Shown here one piece after another: positions 19,376 to 28,443 of a stretch of 64,000 nt of DNA. Numbering within the stretch: position 1 is the first letter of the stretch; each line of letters starts with the position of its first letter. The translations under genes and the position numbers were made by a program. Under the pieces are notes generated by a model that saw only the letters and a list, made by a program, of their open reading frames with translations, searched no databases and was not told the DNA's origin. The stretch comes from Candidatus Cloacimonadales bacterium (GTDB taxonomy: Bacteria; Cloacimonadota; Cloacimonadia; Cloacimonadales; JAIOQZ01): the NCBI GenBank assembly GCA_963674825.1, contig OY771587.1:224001-288000 (forward strand), in the 5' to 3' direction.

Positions 19376-19480
19376 ATGAAAAAAAATACACTGTTTTTCG
19401 TTTTAACCCTCCTGATGATTATTAGCGCAGCCGTTCTTTTGGCAGAGGAAATCGAAGATGAAGAAAAAACACAAAATTAA
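19376..19480 (+). CDS. 34-aa signal-peptide minigene or gene remnant (MKKNTLFFVLTLLMIISAAVLLAEEIEDEEKTQN)
   Basis: Manual translation; AGGAG RBS; C-half identical to 16093..16197. Confidence 0.45.
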   Translation: MKKNTLFFVLTLLMIISAAVLLAEEIEDEEKTQN

Positions 19481-19719
19481 CAAACCGAAAAATATTGACA
19501 CCTGAAATATACCATTTCCTCATCTGCACAAGAGGAGAATATCATGCGCACAACCACCACCATCGCTCTGTTTTTGCTCGTTTCCGCCATCTTCGCTTAT
19601 CCCACACTACGGGGAGAAGGAACAACCAAGTTCACCGAATATGCAGAAGATCATCTTGAACTTATTGATGAAATTACCCTCGACGACAAGTCTGTCGTAG
19701 TGCGCCGCGCACCGGCAAC
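19427..19719 (+). repeat. ~293-bp direct repeat, copy B
   Basis: Matches 16144..16436. Confidence 0.9.
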
Positions 19720-20578
19720 GAAACATGCCCTTGGCGAAGTGACGATCGAGAAAAGGAAAAAAGAACGAGAATATGTATTGACCAAATCTTCAGACCTCGG
19801 CGTTACCCTGCGGAAATCCGAGGATCATCAATATTGGGAATGGTATGACGCCAATAACAATCTGTTGAATCGCTGCCCGGCCAACCCATACATATCTGAA
19901 ATTGTGGACGTCAACACCAATGGCTACTGGCTCATGTTTGAAGAGCTAAAAGAAGATCCATACGATTTTATCGAAGAACAGTACGATTTCGATGGTCCCT
20001 TGATATATGCTGCAGATTTCAGATACAATGTCGAATCCAGCAACTTCCCCAGCCAGTCCGGGGTCGTTATTTACGACCAGAATGGCAATAAAATGACGCA
20101 GGTTGACCTTGAGTGTGGAGATGTAAGTTATATTGAAATGAGTCCTTCTGGAAACTACTTCATTGTTGCAGCACACCCCAAGACCTTCCTTATGAGTATA
20201 GATGGACTCATTAAAAGAGAATTCATGAAAAGCGGAGGAGTTTATATCAGTTTCTCTCCCAGCGAAGATCTGGCAGTACTTGGTCCTCCCCTGCCGTATG
20301 TAATCGATCTTGAGACAGGCGAAATACTTGCCAAGATTCATGGCACTTACGATTCATCAACGATTGCGATCAGCGACAAAGATGCTGGAATTGTTGCAGT
20401 GAGAGGAAATATCGGAATTCTTGTTTTCGATATATGGGCTGAGAAACAGATCGCAAGATTCAGACAAAACGGAACGAATATTCAACTCTCAGGCGATGGG
20501 CGGCTCCTATCATTCAGAGGGATAGGGAAAGTTGTTACATATCGGCTTGATGGAATAGATGGAGAGCAGTCAGAGTAA
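19544..20578 (+). CDS. Secreted hypothetical protein, paralog copy 3
   Basis: AGGAG RBS, signal peptide; homologous to 15062..16090. Confidence 0.8.
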   Translation: MRTTTTIALFLLVSAIFAYPTLRGEGTTKFTEYAEDHLELIDEITLDDKSVVVRRAPATKHALGEVTIEKRKKEREYVLTKSSDLGVTLRKSEDHQYWEWYDANNNLLNRCPANPYISEIVDVNTNGYWLMFEELKEDPYDFIEEQYDFDGPLIYAADFRYNVESSNFPSQSGVVIYDQNGNKMTQVDLECGDVSYIEMSPSGNYFIVAAHPKTFLMSIDGLIKREFMKSGGVYISFSPSEDLAVLGPPLPYVIDLETGEILAKIHGTYDSSTIAISDKDAGIVAVRGNIGILVFDIWAEKQIARFRQNGTNIQLSGDGRLLSFRGIGKVVTYRLDGIDGEQSE

Positions 20579-20588
20579 TCGAGCTCTA

Positions 20589-21452
20589 TTACAGAACCCA
20601 CTCTTCGCCGAGGTCGCGGAGCGTTTCCTGCGCGTACTGGTTGCCAAGACGAGCTGCCTTGCGGAAATAATGGATCATCTGCGCACGTTCGTCTTTCATG
20701 TAGTAAACCGTACCGATAATGGTGTAGCAATTCTCCAGCTCAGGATCGAACTCCAGCGCTTTCTCGCAAGCTTCGATCGCCTTGTCCAGATCGCCCTTGC
20801 TCAGGTAGGCCGTACCGAGATTCGCGTAGGCTTCGGCGTAGTGCGGATTGTATTCGATCGCGCGCTTGCAGACGTCGATAGCTTCTTCAATCTTGTTTTC
20901 TTTCAGATAGACATCGGAAATGTATTTGTAGGGTTCCGGGAGATTTGCCTTGAGCTGTATCGCGCGTTGACAGTATTTCAGGCAACTGCCGTCATCCTCA
21001 CGCATGAGTAGCGCCTTGCCCATAACGCTGTAGGCAATCGCCAGTGTTGGCTTGAGCGAGATAGCCTTGCGCGTATTGGCGATGCCTTCTTTGATCATAC
21101 CCTTCTGAATATACGCCATACCGAGATTGCAATAGGCCTCAGCCAGTTGCGCGTTCAGGCTGATCGCGCGCTTACAGTTCTCGATTCCCTGATCCAAGTC
21201 GTGCATCAGGATATGCGCCCACCCCTTGACGCTGTATAGCTCCGCGTAATGCGAATCCATCTGCATGGCGTGACGGCAATAGTCGATGCCTTTTTCGGGA
21301 TCACCTTCCATAATGTGCGCAACGGCGATGCTTGTGTAGGCCCTTGCAGCCAGATCGCGATACGGGATCACGCGCTTGCAGTAATCGATCGCCTTTTTGT
21401 ATTCTCCACGTCGGATGTGTTCGTTGCCGATATGGAGGAACTCTTCAGCCAT
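20589..21452 (-). CDS. Tetratricopeptide repeat protein
   Basis: Repeated AEAYxNLG...AI..C.KA motifs. Confidence 0.9.
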   Translation of the reverse strand: MAEEFLHIGNEHIRRGEYKKAIDYCKRVIPYRDLAARAYTSIAVAHIMEGDPEKGIDYCRHAMQMDSHYAELYSVKGWAHILMHDLDQGIENCKRAISLNAQLAEAYCNLGMAYIQKGMIKEGIANTRKAISLKPTLAIAYSVMGKALLMREDDGSCLKYCQRAIQLKANLPEPYKYISDVYLKENKIEEAIDVCKRAIEYNPHYAEAYANLGTAYLSKGDLDKAIEACEKALEFDPELENCYTIIGTVYYMKDERAQMIHYFRKAARLGNQYAQETLRDLGEEWVL

Positions 21453-21513
21453 TTTCCTGTCGATAGGTCAAACCTCCGATTATGAGGAAACGATAACCAA
21501 AACAGTCTTGATG

Positions 21514-21873
21514 TCAATTCATTTTCGAGACATCTTCACGTTCGGATCGTTTTAGCGATTTGAACACAAGCAGATACGAATCATCAATCATATGTTTTAT
21601 ACGATCATCAGGTATCGTGCCATCCACCCACACCGTATTCCAGTGCTGTTTGTTGAGGTGATATCCGGGTTTGACCGCGCTGAATTCTTCGCGTAATTGC
21701 AGCGCGATTTCCGGGTCGCACTTGAGCGAAATCTTGGGTGTTCCATCCTCTTCGGCAAGGATAGCGAACATCTTCGATGCGACCTTGATAACCAGCACAT
21801 CATCACCGAAAGGGAAACCTTCGTTGGCACCCGTTTTCATCATGCAATAGGCACGTAATTCGTCGGAGTTCAT
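21514..21873 (-). CDS. MmcQ/YjbR family DNA-binding protein
   Basis: FPFGDD, KMFA, LKCDP and PGYHLNKQHWNTV motifs. Confidence 0.92.
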   Translation of the reverse strand: MNSDELRAYCMMKTGANEGFPFGDDVLVIKVASKMFAILAEEDGTPKISLKCDPEIALQLREEFSAVKPGYHLNKQHWNTVWVDGTIPDDRIKHMIDDSYLLVFKSLKRSEREDVSKMN

Positions 21874-21875
21874 AA

Positions 21876-22811
21876 CTATTCCTGCACTTTGCCGAGTTTC
21901 TTCATCCGATCGAGTCGCGGCTTCTCGTTCTGCTGAAGCCAGTCGTCCTTCTTCAGAAGGTTGTATGCCAGGCGGAAGTAGATCTTTGCCTGCTCGGTAT
22001 CGCCAGCCTCTGTATAAAGCTCAGCGAGTTCTTCATATACGTATCCATCTTCGGCAAGCTTATTATCCTTAATTTCCTGCTCGATCTGGTGCTGAAGAGC
22101 CAGCGCGTCATCCATACGACCCAGTGCACGATACATACGGGCTGTTGACCACTGGGCCACGCGACGTCCATGATCGTCTCCCACCTCTTTACGGAACGCG
22201 ACATCCTTGAGGAAATAGATCAGCGCTGTATTGGGATCACCCTGATCGAAATAGGTCCAGCCGATGTTGTTGTAGAGCGGACCTTTCCAACCGATTAACG
22301 CGGGGTCCTTGGATTTCTCGACGAGGCTCAGCGCTTTCAGGTTCCACTCGAGTTGCTGATCCGTCGGCAACGTAATCGCCAGCATATGTGCGGCATCGAT
22401 AGCGAGGTTGTCGTTCCCCTTTTCGTTGGCGAGACGCCATGCTTCTTCGAAGAGTGGTGCTGCGTTCTTGGGATCACCCGCACTGTTGAAAAGCCTTCCG
22501 CGTTCGAGCAACGATCGGATGCGCGCATCGTTGATCTCGCTGCCAAGTTTACCATCGACTTCGTCCAGCAGCTTGTGTCCCTCTTCGAACATCCCGCGCA
22601 ATCCCATCGTACGCGCAATCTGCGTCTTGATCTCGAGCGAATATTCTTCATCGCCTTCTACTTTGATCAGAAGTTCCTGGAATCGCGCTTCGGTTGCCGC
22701 AGGATCATTGAAATCCCACATTTTTCTCAAATCAACCCGTTTATCTTCCTTTTTACCGATGCATCCGGTAAATATTAGCATCGCGACCAGCGCAACGATC
22801 ATCAATCTCAT
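21876..22811 (-). CDS. TPR-like lipoprotein
   Basis: Lipobox FTG-C; WDFNDP, LERGR, DAAHMLA and LYNNIGW helical repeats. Confidence 0.8.
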   Translation of the reverse strand: MRLMIVALVAMLIFTGCIGKKEDKRVDLRKMWDFNDPAATEARFQELLIKVEGDEEYSLEIKTQIARTMGLRGMFEEGHKLLDEVDGKLGSEINDARIRSLLERGRLFNSAGDPKNAAPLFEEAWRLANEKGNDNLAIDAAHMLAITLPTDQQLEWNLKALSLVEKSKDPALIGWKGPLYNNIGWTYFDQGDPNTALIYFLKDVAFRKEVGDDHGRRVAQWSTARMYRALGRMDDALALQHQIEQEIKDNKLAEDGYVYEELAELYTEAGDTEQAKIYFRLAYNLLKKDDWLQQNEKPRLDRMKKLGKVQE

Positions 22812-22986
22812 CCACCACTCCTTATCGTATGTTTTACCGTAACATCCCGCCGTTTCATCTCGTTATACTATCAGGATGCAACGAAGGCATTTTCGCCGCA
22901 GATCGTTAAGAATGTAAAACTATTTCTTCGGTTTTGTGGAAAACAGCCGCTGGATTCAAGGCTTTCGATGCTACTTAATAGAATAA

Positions 22987-23068
22987 CGTCGCTTGGAGAT
23001 CGGCGCGTACGTAAAGAGAAGGGCCTTTGGCTTCGCGTTTCTTTGCTGGTGCCGATCTCCAAGCGACG
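22987..23068. repeat. Long intergenic inverted repeat (REP/MITE-like)
   Basis: cgtcgcttggagatcggc (22987-23004) and its perfect reverse complement at 23051-23068. Confidence 0.75.
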
Positions 23069-23155
23069 CAGACTTTGGATAGATTCTTTACGGATTATAT
23101 TTGACAAAAAAACGCGGACGATAGATTTTATAATCAGGAAATAAATTGGGAGACT

Positions 23156-23629
23156 ATGATGAAACGAGTGGTAATCATTACAGCGATCCTTATGGCGATC
23201 TTCTCACTCAGCGCGCAGCAAACCGTTGCGGGTAGCAGTTTCAAGCCGAGTTTCGACCTGCCCAGGATGGGCGGATTGCAAAGCTATTCGCTGTTCAATC
23301 CCAATAACCTCACCATCAACCACTCCATGGGCTTCACCAGCGGTTTCATGGGCGATCAGAGTTACTACCAGTCGCGCTATACAACGCATCTGGGGTACGC
23401 GCTCGCCAAAAACCTCGACTTGCAGCTCGACCTGAATTTCGTCAACGACGGCACCGCCACCATGAACGGCGGTTTCGATATCGAAGGTAACGGCGACAAC
23501 GACAGCCAGATACTGCCAAATATGTCGCTCGAATACCGTCCCTTCAAAAACACCGTGATCCGGCTCGACTATCGTTCATACAACGAATATTCTCCCTACG
23601 GGCGGTACGGTTACTGGCGTCGCTATTAG
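23156..23629 (+). CDS. Secreted hypothetical protein (beta-strand rich)
   Basis: GGAG RBS, signal peptide ending LSA; overlaps the next gene. Confidence 0.75.
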   Translation: MMKRVVIITAILMAIFSLSAQQTVAGSSFKPSFDLPRMGGLQSYSLFNPNNLTINHSMGFTSGFMGDQSYYQSRYTTHLGYALAKNLDLQLDLNFVNDGTATMNGGFDIEGNGDNDSQILPNMSLEYRPFKNTVIRLDYRSYNEYSPYGRYGYWRRY

Positions 23630-24405
23630 TGATACTGCTCCTGCCAATCTACGTTCTCGTATTCTTCTTCGGAGCCGCCTTCGGCAGCTTCTTCAACGTC
23701 TGCATTTACCGCATTCCGCGTAAAGAATCGATCGTCTCTCCCCCATCGCACTGCCCGGGTTGCAACACACCCATACGTCCCTGGAACAACGTCCCCATCC
23801 TGAGCTACATCGCCCTGCGCGGTAAATGCCGCGTCTGCGGGATGAAGATCCACTGGCACTATTTTCTGGTGGAACTGCTCACGGCCATCCTCTTCCTGGG
23901 ATTGTTCCTCTTCAACGGTAGCCGCGTAGATCTGTTCTTCATCAAATACCTGGTGCTGTTTTCCATCGGCATGATCATCATTTTCATCGACGCGTTTCAT
24001 ATGATCATCCCGGATTCGCTGTCCCTGCCGCTGATACCGCTTGGGATCATCTTCGCGCTACTTCCCAACAGCGATGTCACTATCTTCTCGTCTGTGACCG
24101 GCGGCGCAATCGGGTTTATCCTGTTCTACGGGCTCGGCTGGCTATACCTGAAGATGAAGAATATCGAGGCCATGGGCGGCGGTGACGTGAAGCTCATTGC
24201 TGGGCTGGGAACGTTCCTCGGATTCCGTGGCGTGCTGCTGACCATCTTCTTTTCATCGATCCTCGCCATCATCGGATTTATCCTCATGCGCCTGCAGAAA
24301 GACAGGCACTTCCCCTTCGGCCCGTTCCTCATCCTCGGCGCGCTGGTGTATGTCCTCGCCGGCGACTGGATGATCGACGCTTATCTTGGGCTGTTTGGGG
24401 TGTGA
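23629..24405 (+). CDS. pilD: Type IV prepilin peptidase / N-methyltransferase (A24)
   Basis: GSFFNVCIYRIP, two CxxC pairs, catalytic ID and MGGGDVKL, PFGPFL. Confidence 0.93.
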   Translation: MILLLPIYVLVFFFGAAFGSFFNVCIYRIPRKESIVSPPSHCPGCNTPIRPWNNVPILSYIALRGKCRVCGMKIHWHYFLVELLTAILFLGLFLFNGSRVDLFFIKYLVLFSIGMIIIFIDAFHMIIPDSLSLPLIPLGIIFALLPNSDVTIFSSVTGGAIGFILFYGLGWLYLKMKNIEAMGGGDVKLIAGLGTFLGFRGVLLTIFFSSILAIIGFILMRLQKDRHFPFGPFLILGALVYVLAGDWMIDAYLGLFGV

Positions 24406-24435
24406 GGTAATTTCACTTCAGAATCATTTTTTGAT

Positions 24436-25542
24436 TTGGCAAGCAACTCTTTTCATGCATCATATATTAGTGATTTAATATCTAATTCACTCTCAATTAT
24501 GCAATATAAAAATCAAGGATACCATATGGATTATTCCAGTAGTAAATTACATGCCCAAGATGAAATTGATTTACTCAGAAAATCGTATTCAAGTGAATAT
24601 TGCATGCATCCTGAAAACACATGCTCTGGACAGATTGTCAGGGCCCATGTGATTTCAAAATACATGCTTAAAAAGATTAGCGTGAACTCACAAGTATATT
24701 GTCCTCCTAACTCACAACAGTACTATCGTTTCAATCTCAGAGATGAGCCAATTGATTTACAACTTCGAGGAATAAACCAAGCCACAACATTCACTGGCTT
24801 TTGCCAGAAACATGATACAGAATTATTCTCATCATTCGAGAATAGTACGTTAGAACTCAAGGACGAACACATTTTCCTACTAGCTTATAGAGCCGCTAAC
24901 TCTGCTTTATTCGGACAAACGAGTAAGACGGAATATTATGACATTAAAAGGAAGCAATTGCGAAATCCGAGAAAATATCAATACCTATATGAATATAGCA
25001 AGAGTGGGATATTGGACTTAGCAACTTTAAAGAAGAGCATGGATATCATGTTGATTAACTCAGACTATTCTTCTCTAAATTACAAATACATTGTGTTCAA
25101 ATCAATACCTGAGTTTTTTGTATGTGGTGTCACATTACCATTTATGGATTTCTCCGGTAAGGATTTATTAGGACAAAATGAAATTAATAATGATAGTATA
25201 GCACTTCCTTCTATTTCTTTCTCTCTTCTTCCATATGGTAATAAGGGTGTTGCAATCTTCTCATGGCTTTCTGATGATAATCGACCAAGTAAAATAGTAA
25301 AGACATTACTAAGATTGAGAAGGCAACAGATACCTAATGCCATTTTAAGATATGCATTCTCTCTTTATGACACAATTGCAATAAATCCAATATGGTGGAA
25401 CAACTTACATCCCATTTACAAACAATTAGTACTACATAAACTTGGCGACTTCAACCCAGAATTGAATCAAGGAAGTATAATTGATGATGGTTGGAAGATC
25501 GTTGACTGGCAAATCGAGGAAATAGGCGGGAATTTCCCATAA
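24436..25542 (+). CDS. AT-rich hypothetical protein with Cys/His motif (start uncertain, possibly 24499)
   Basis: 368-aa ORF; C...C....AH and ATTFTGFCQKHD..LF motif; composition visibly more AT-rich than the flanks. Confidence 0.65.
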   Translation: MASNSFHASYISDLISNSLSIMQYKNQGYHMDYSSSKLHAQDEIDLLRKSYSSEYCMHPENTCSGQIVRAHVISKYMLKKISVNSQVYCPPNSQQYYRFNLRDEPIDLQLRGINQATTFTGFCQKHDTELFSSFENSTLELKDEHIFLLAYRAANSALFGQTSKTEYYDIKRKQLRNPRKYQYLYEYSKSGILDLATLKKSMDIMLINSDYSSLNYKYIVFKSIPEFFVCGVTLPFMDFSGKDLLGQNEINNDSIALPSISFSLLPYGNKGVAIFSWLSDDNRPSKIVKTLLRLRRQQIPNAILRYAFSLYDTIAINPIWWNNLHPIYKQLVLHKLGDFNPELNQGSIIDDGWKIVDWQIEEIGGNFP

Positions 25543-25546
25543 AGAA

Positions 25547-25573
25547 ATCGCCCTCCGTTTCCGAAGGGCGATC
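25547..25573. terminator. Hairpin between convergent genes
   Basis: atcgccct-ccgtttccga-agggcgat. Confidence 0.5.
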
Positions 25574-25603
25574 GATGTATCACACAGTTGATTACATTTC
25601 GTG

Positions 25604-26551
25604 CTATTGCGTCTGTTGCAAGTCGAGGTTTCGGGTCTTGAAGCCGTATCCCATGACGTCGTGGACGTCGGTCACGATCATGAAGGCTTTGGGGTCGATG
25701 TCCTGCACGATATCGCGGATCATGGGAACCTGGCGACGGTTCATGCAGCAGAACAGGATGTCCTTGTCCTTCTTGGTGTATCCACCCTGCGCCTTGATGA
25801 AGGTAACACCACGGTTGAGCCGTTCGTAAATGGCGTCCTTGATTTCCTCTTCGTAGTCGGAGATGACGTAAACGCCCTTGACGTACGGAAGACCCTCGCT
25901 GGCAAGGTCGGTAATCTTGGTGGAAATGAAGAGGTTGACGTAACCCCAGATGATCAGCTTGAGATCCTGGAACACCAGCCCGACGGTGAGGATGATGAGA
26001 GTCTCGACCACCCAGTAACCGGTACCGATGGAGATGCCAGTCTTCTGCTTGAGAACGGCTACAGGGATATCGGTTCCGCCTGTGGAGCCACGGAAACGGA
26101 AGATCACGCCCAGTCCCAAGCCGAGCAGCACCGAACCGGCGATCGCCGAGAGATAGATATCGTCCGGGCCAAGCATGGCTGTAATTGTCTCGCCATTGAC
26201 CGTGAACGTGTATTTTGCGATGTCTTTGATTATTCCAAATTTGTGCAGGTTCTGCAGCGCCAGAAGGTCTGTCAGCGCTGATGAAACCATCATGCCGTAG
26301 AACGACCGGATCCCGAAGTGCTTACCCAGCATAAGAACACTGATGATGAACAGTGGGATATTGATCGCGATCATACTGACACCCATGGGGATTCCCATGA
26401 GGTGATAGAATATCTGTCCGATGCCGCCAACGCCGCCCGGTACCAGTTTATAGGGCACCAGGAACCACGAGTAACCCATTGCGAACAGAATACTTCCAAG
26501 GATTATTCCCGCATACTGAATGATGCTGCGAAAAATCCGATGCTTTATCAT
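25604..26551 (-). CDS. YitT family membrane protein (DUF161/DUF2179)
   Basis: PGGVGG, NIPLF, GSTGGTD, RGVT, DPKAF..V...DVMGYGF. Confidence 0.92.
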   Translation of the reverse strand: MIKHRIFRSIIQYAGIILGSILFAMGYSWFLVPYKLVPGGVGGIGQIFYHLMGIPMGVSMIAINIPLFIISVLMLGKHFGIRSFYGMMVSSALTDLLALQNLHKFGIIKDIAKYTFTVNGETITAMLGPDDIYLSAIAGSVLLGLGLGVIFRFRGSTGGTDIPVAVLKQKTGISIGTGYWVVETLIILTVGLVFQDLKLIIWGYVNLFISTKITDLASEGLPYVKGVYVISDYEEEIKDAIYERLNRGVTFIKAQGGYTKKDKDILFCCMNRRQVPMIRDIVQDIDPKAFMIVTDVHDVMGYGFKTRNLDLQQTQ

Positions 26552-26808
26552 GTTTACCTCCGATATTTTCTCGATTTCATTGTCGAGAATGGCAGACTTT
26601 CCAGCGCGCCTTATAGGTCAATTTCTTTTTGGTTTTTTCTTGGTGAAGAGGGAAATCCTCACACCGTCCCTCTACGCAAAACAGGAAAATGCCAGGTGTT
26701 TTTTTAAAAATCACAGCGGAAAATAATTCCATATATAAAACCGCCAACCAAGTTCAATATCATCCATATTCCACTGTCATATTTGCATTTACAACGACAA
26801 TATAGTCA

Positions 26809-26825
26809 TTGGCACCGCTCATGCA
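26809..26825 (+). promoter_or_regulatory. Sigma54 (-24/-12) promoter of the flg operon
   Basis: TTGGCAC-cgctc-ATGCA with exact GG-N10-GC spacing, 26 nt before the flgF ATG. Confidence 0.75.
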
Positions 26826-26851
26826 AATAGATTACGCGGAGGTACTGTATT

Positions 26852-27640
26852 ATGGTCAGAGGCCTGTATCAGAATTCATCGTCCATGCAGCTGCTGCAAG
26901 ATCGCATGGATGTCATCGCCAACAACATGGCGAACGTGAGCACCAACGGCTACAAGCGCCAGGGGGTTTTCTACCGGCAGTTGATCGGAGCCGAACAGGC
27001 TCTGCAACGCAATCAGATAACGCTCAAGGAGTTGCGAGACCATCCGTTTACCTACCAGAACAGCGAATGCTGTACCAAGCGCGGTCAGCTCCGGCGTCTG
27101 GAAGGCGATATCTCCACGTATACCGACTACTCCAACGGCCCTATTCAGCAGACGGGTAATCCACTGGATGTAGCTATCAACGGCAAGGGCTTCTTCACGG
27201 TACAGACACCTGAAGGAACCGGCTATACACGCGATGGCCAGTTCAAAATCGACCAGGACGGAAACCTCGTTACCAGTGAAGGTTATCTCGTCCAGGGCGA
27301 GGCTGGGCCGATCCAGATCACCGGTAATATGGTCGATATCAACCAGAACGGTGAGATGGGCCAGGACGGCGTGATCGTGAACAAGCTCATGATACGCGAT
27401 TTCCCGGATGACACCCTGATGGAAATCCGCAATGGCGTGATGTATCCCCAAGGGGAAAATGTTTCCGCATCCGAAGCGGATGTGACCATACAGCAGGGGT
27501 ACCTCGAGACCTCGAACGTGGTTGTTGTGAAAGAGATGGTTGATATGATCTCCACTCAACGCCATTTCCAAGCGAACGAACGCGTGATTAACGCAATGGA
27601 TACCACCCTGCGCAAAACGGCAAATGATATTGGCAAATAA
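26852..27640 (+). CDS. flgF: Flagellar basal-body rod protein FlgF
   Basis: ANNMANVSTNGYK, TGNPLDVAI.G.GFF, YTRDG.F, LETSNV; directly upstream of flgG. Confidence 0.85.
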   Translation: MVRGLYQNSSSMQLLQDRMDVIANNMANVSTNGYKRQGVFYRQLIGAEQALQRNQITLKELRDHPFTYQNSECCTKRGQLRRLEGDISTYTDYSNGPIQQTGNPLDVAINGKGFFTVQTPEGTGYTRDGQFKIDQDGNLVTSEGYLVQGEAGPIQITGNMVDINQNGEMGQDGVIVNKLMIRDFPDDTLMEIRNGVMYPQGENVSASEADVTIQQGYLETSNVVVVKEMVDMISTQRHFQANERVINAMDTTLRKTANDIGK

Positions 27641-27651
27641 AGGAGTTTAGT

Positions 27652-28440
27652 ATGATCCGTTCCCTCTACAGCGGCGCAAGCGGCATGTATGCCCAGCAGA
27701 TGAACATCGACAGCATCGCTAACAACATGGCGAACGTCAACACGACCGGCTACAAGAAGACACGGATCCAGTTTCAGGATCTGATCTACCAGACCTATAA
27801 GGAAGCCGGAGCCCCGACATCCGAAAGCACCCAGCGCCCCACAGAACTCTCCGTCGGCGTCGGTGTACGTCCGATCGCGACGCAGAAAGAACACATGCAG
27901 GGCACGCCAACCCAAACCGGTAATCCGCTTGATATCGCCATCATCGGCGAAGGCTTCTTCCAGATGGTCAACGGCGACGGCGACGTGGTCTATGGTCGTG
28001 ACGGTAGCTTCAAGCTCAGTGGCGATGGCGAGATCGTCAACGCCCAGGGTCTCAAGATCGAGCCGGAAATAGTACTTCCGGCAGACACCGAATCGATCTC
28101 CATTACCGGTGACGGCCATGTCTATGCGCAGATCTATGGCCAGACTGAGCAGGAAGAGATCGGACAGATCGAGCTGGCGCGCTTCATTAACCCAGCCGGA
28201 TTAAAGAGTCACGGCGGTAACTACTACACTGCCACCGACGCTTCCGGTGATCCGATCGTCGGCGAACCCGGCACCGAAAACCTGGGTACGCTGGAGCAAG
28301 GCTACGTGGAAGCAAGCAATGTCGTGATCGTCGAGGAAATGGTCTCCATGATCGTCGCACAGCGTGCGTTCGACCTCAATTCGAAGATGGTCCGCACCTC
28401 AGACACCATGCTGGAAACCGCAAACAATCTCAAGAGGTAA
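27652..28440 (+). CDS. flgG: Flagellar basal-body rod protein FlgG
   Basis: ANNMANVNTTGYKK, FQDLIYQ, F.NPAGL, EASNV..VEEMV.MI.AQRA. Confidence 0.95.
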   Translation: MIRSLYSGASGMYAQQMNIDSIANNMANVNTTGYKKTRIQFQDLIYQTYKEAGAPTSESTQRPTELSVGVGVRPIATQKEHMQGTPTQTGNPLDIAIIGEGFFQMVNGDGDVVYGRDGSFKLSGDGEIVNAQGLKIEPEIVLPADTESISITGDGHVYAQIYGQTEQEEIGQIELARFINPAGLKSHGGNYYTATDASGDPIVGEPGTENLGTLEQGYVEASNVVIVEEMVSMIVAQRAFDLNSKMVRTSDTMLETANNLKR

Positions 28441-28443
28441 TCC

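Noticed and set aside
15062..20578. Paralog array as a DGR, CRISPR or integron cassette array
   Set aside because: Differences are not restricted to adenines, the repeats are gene-sized, and I found no attC-like sites, integrase or cas genes
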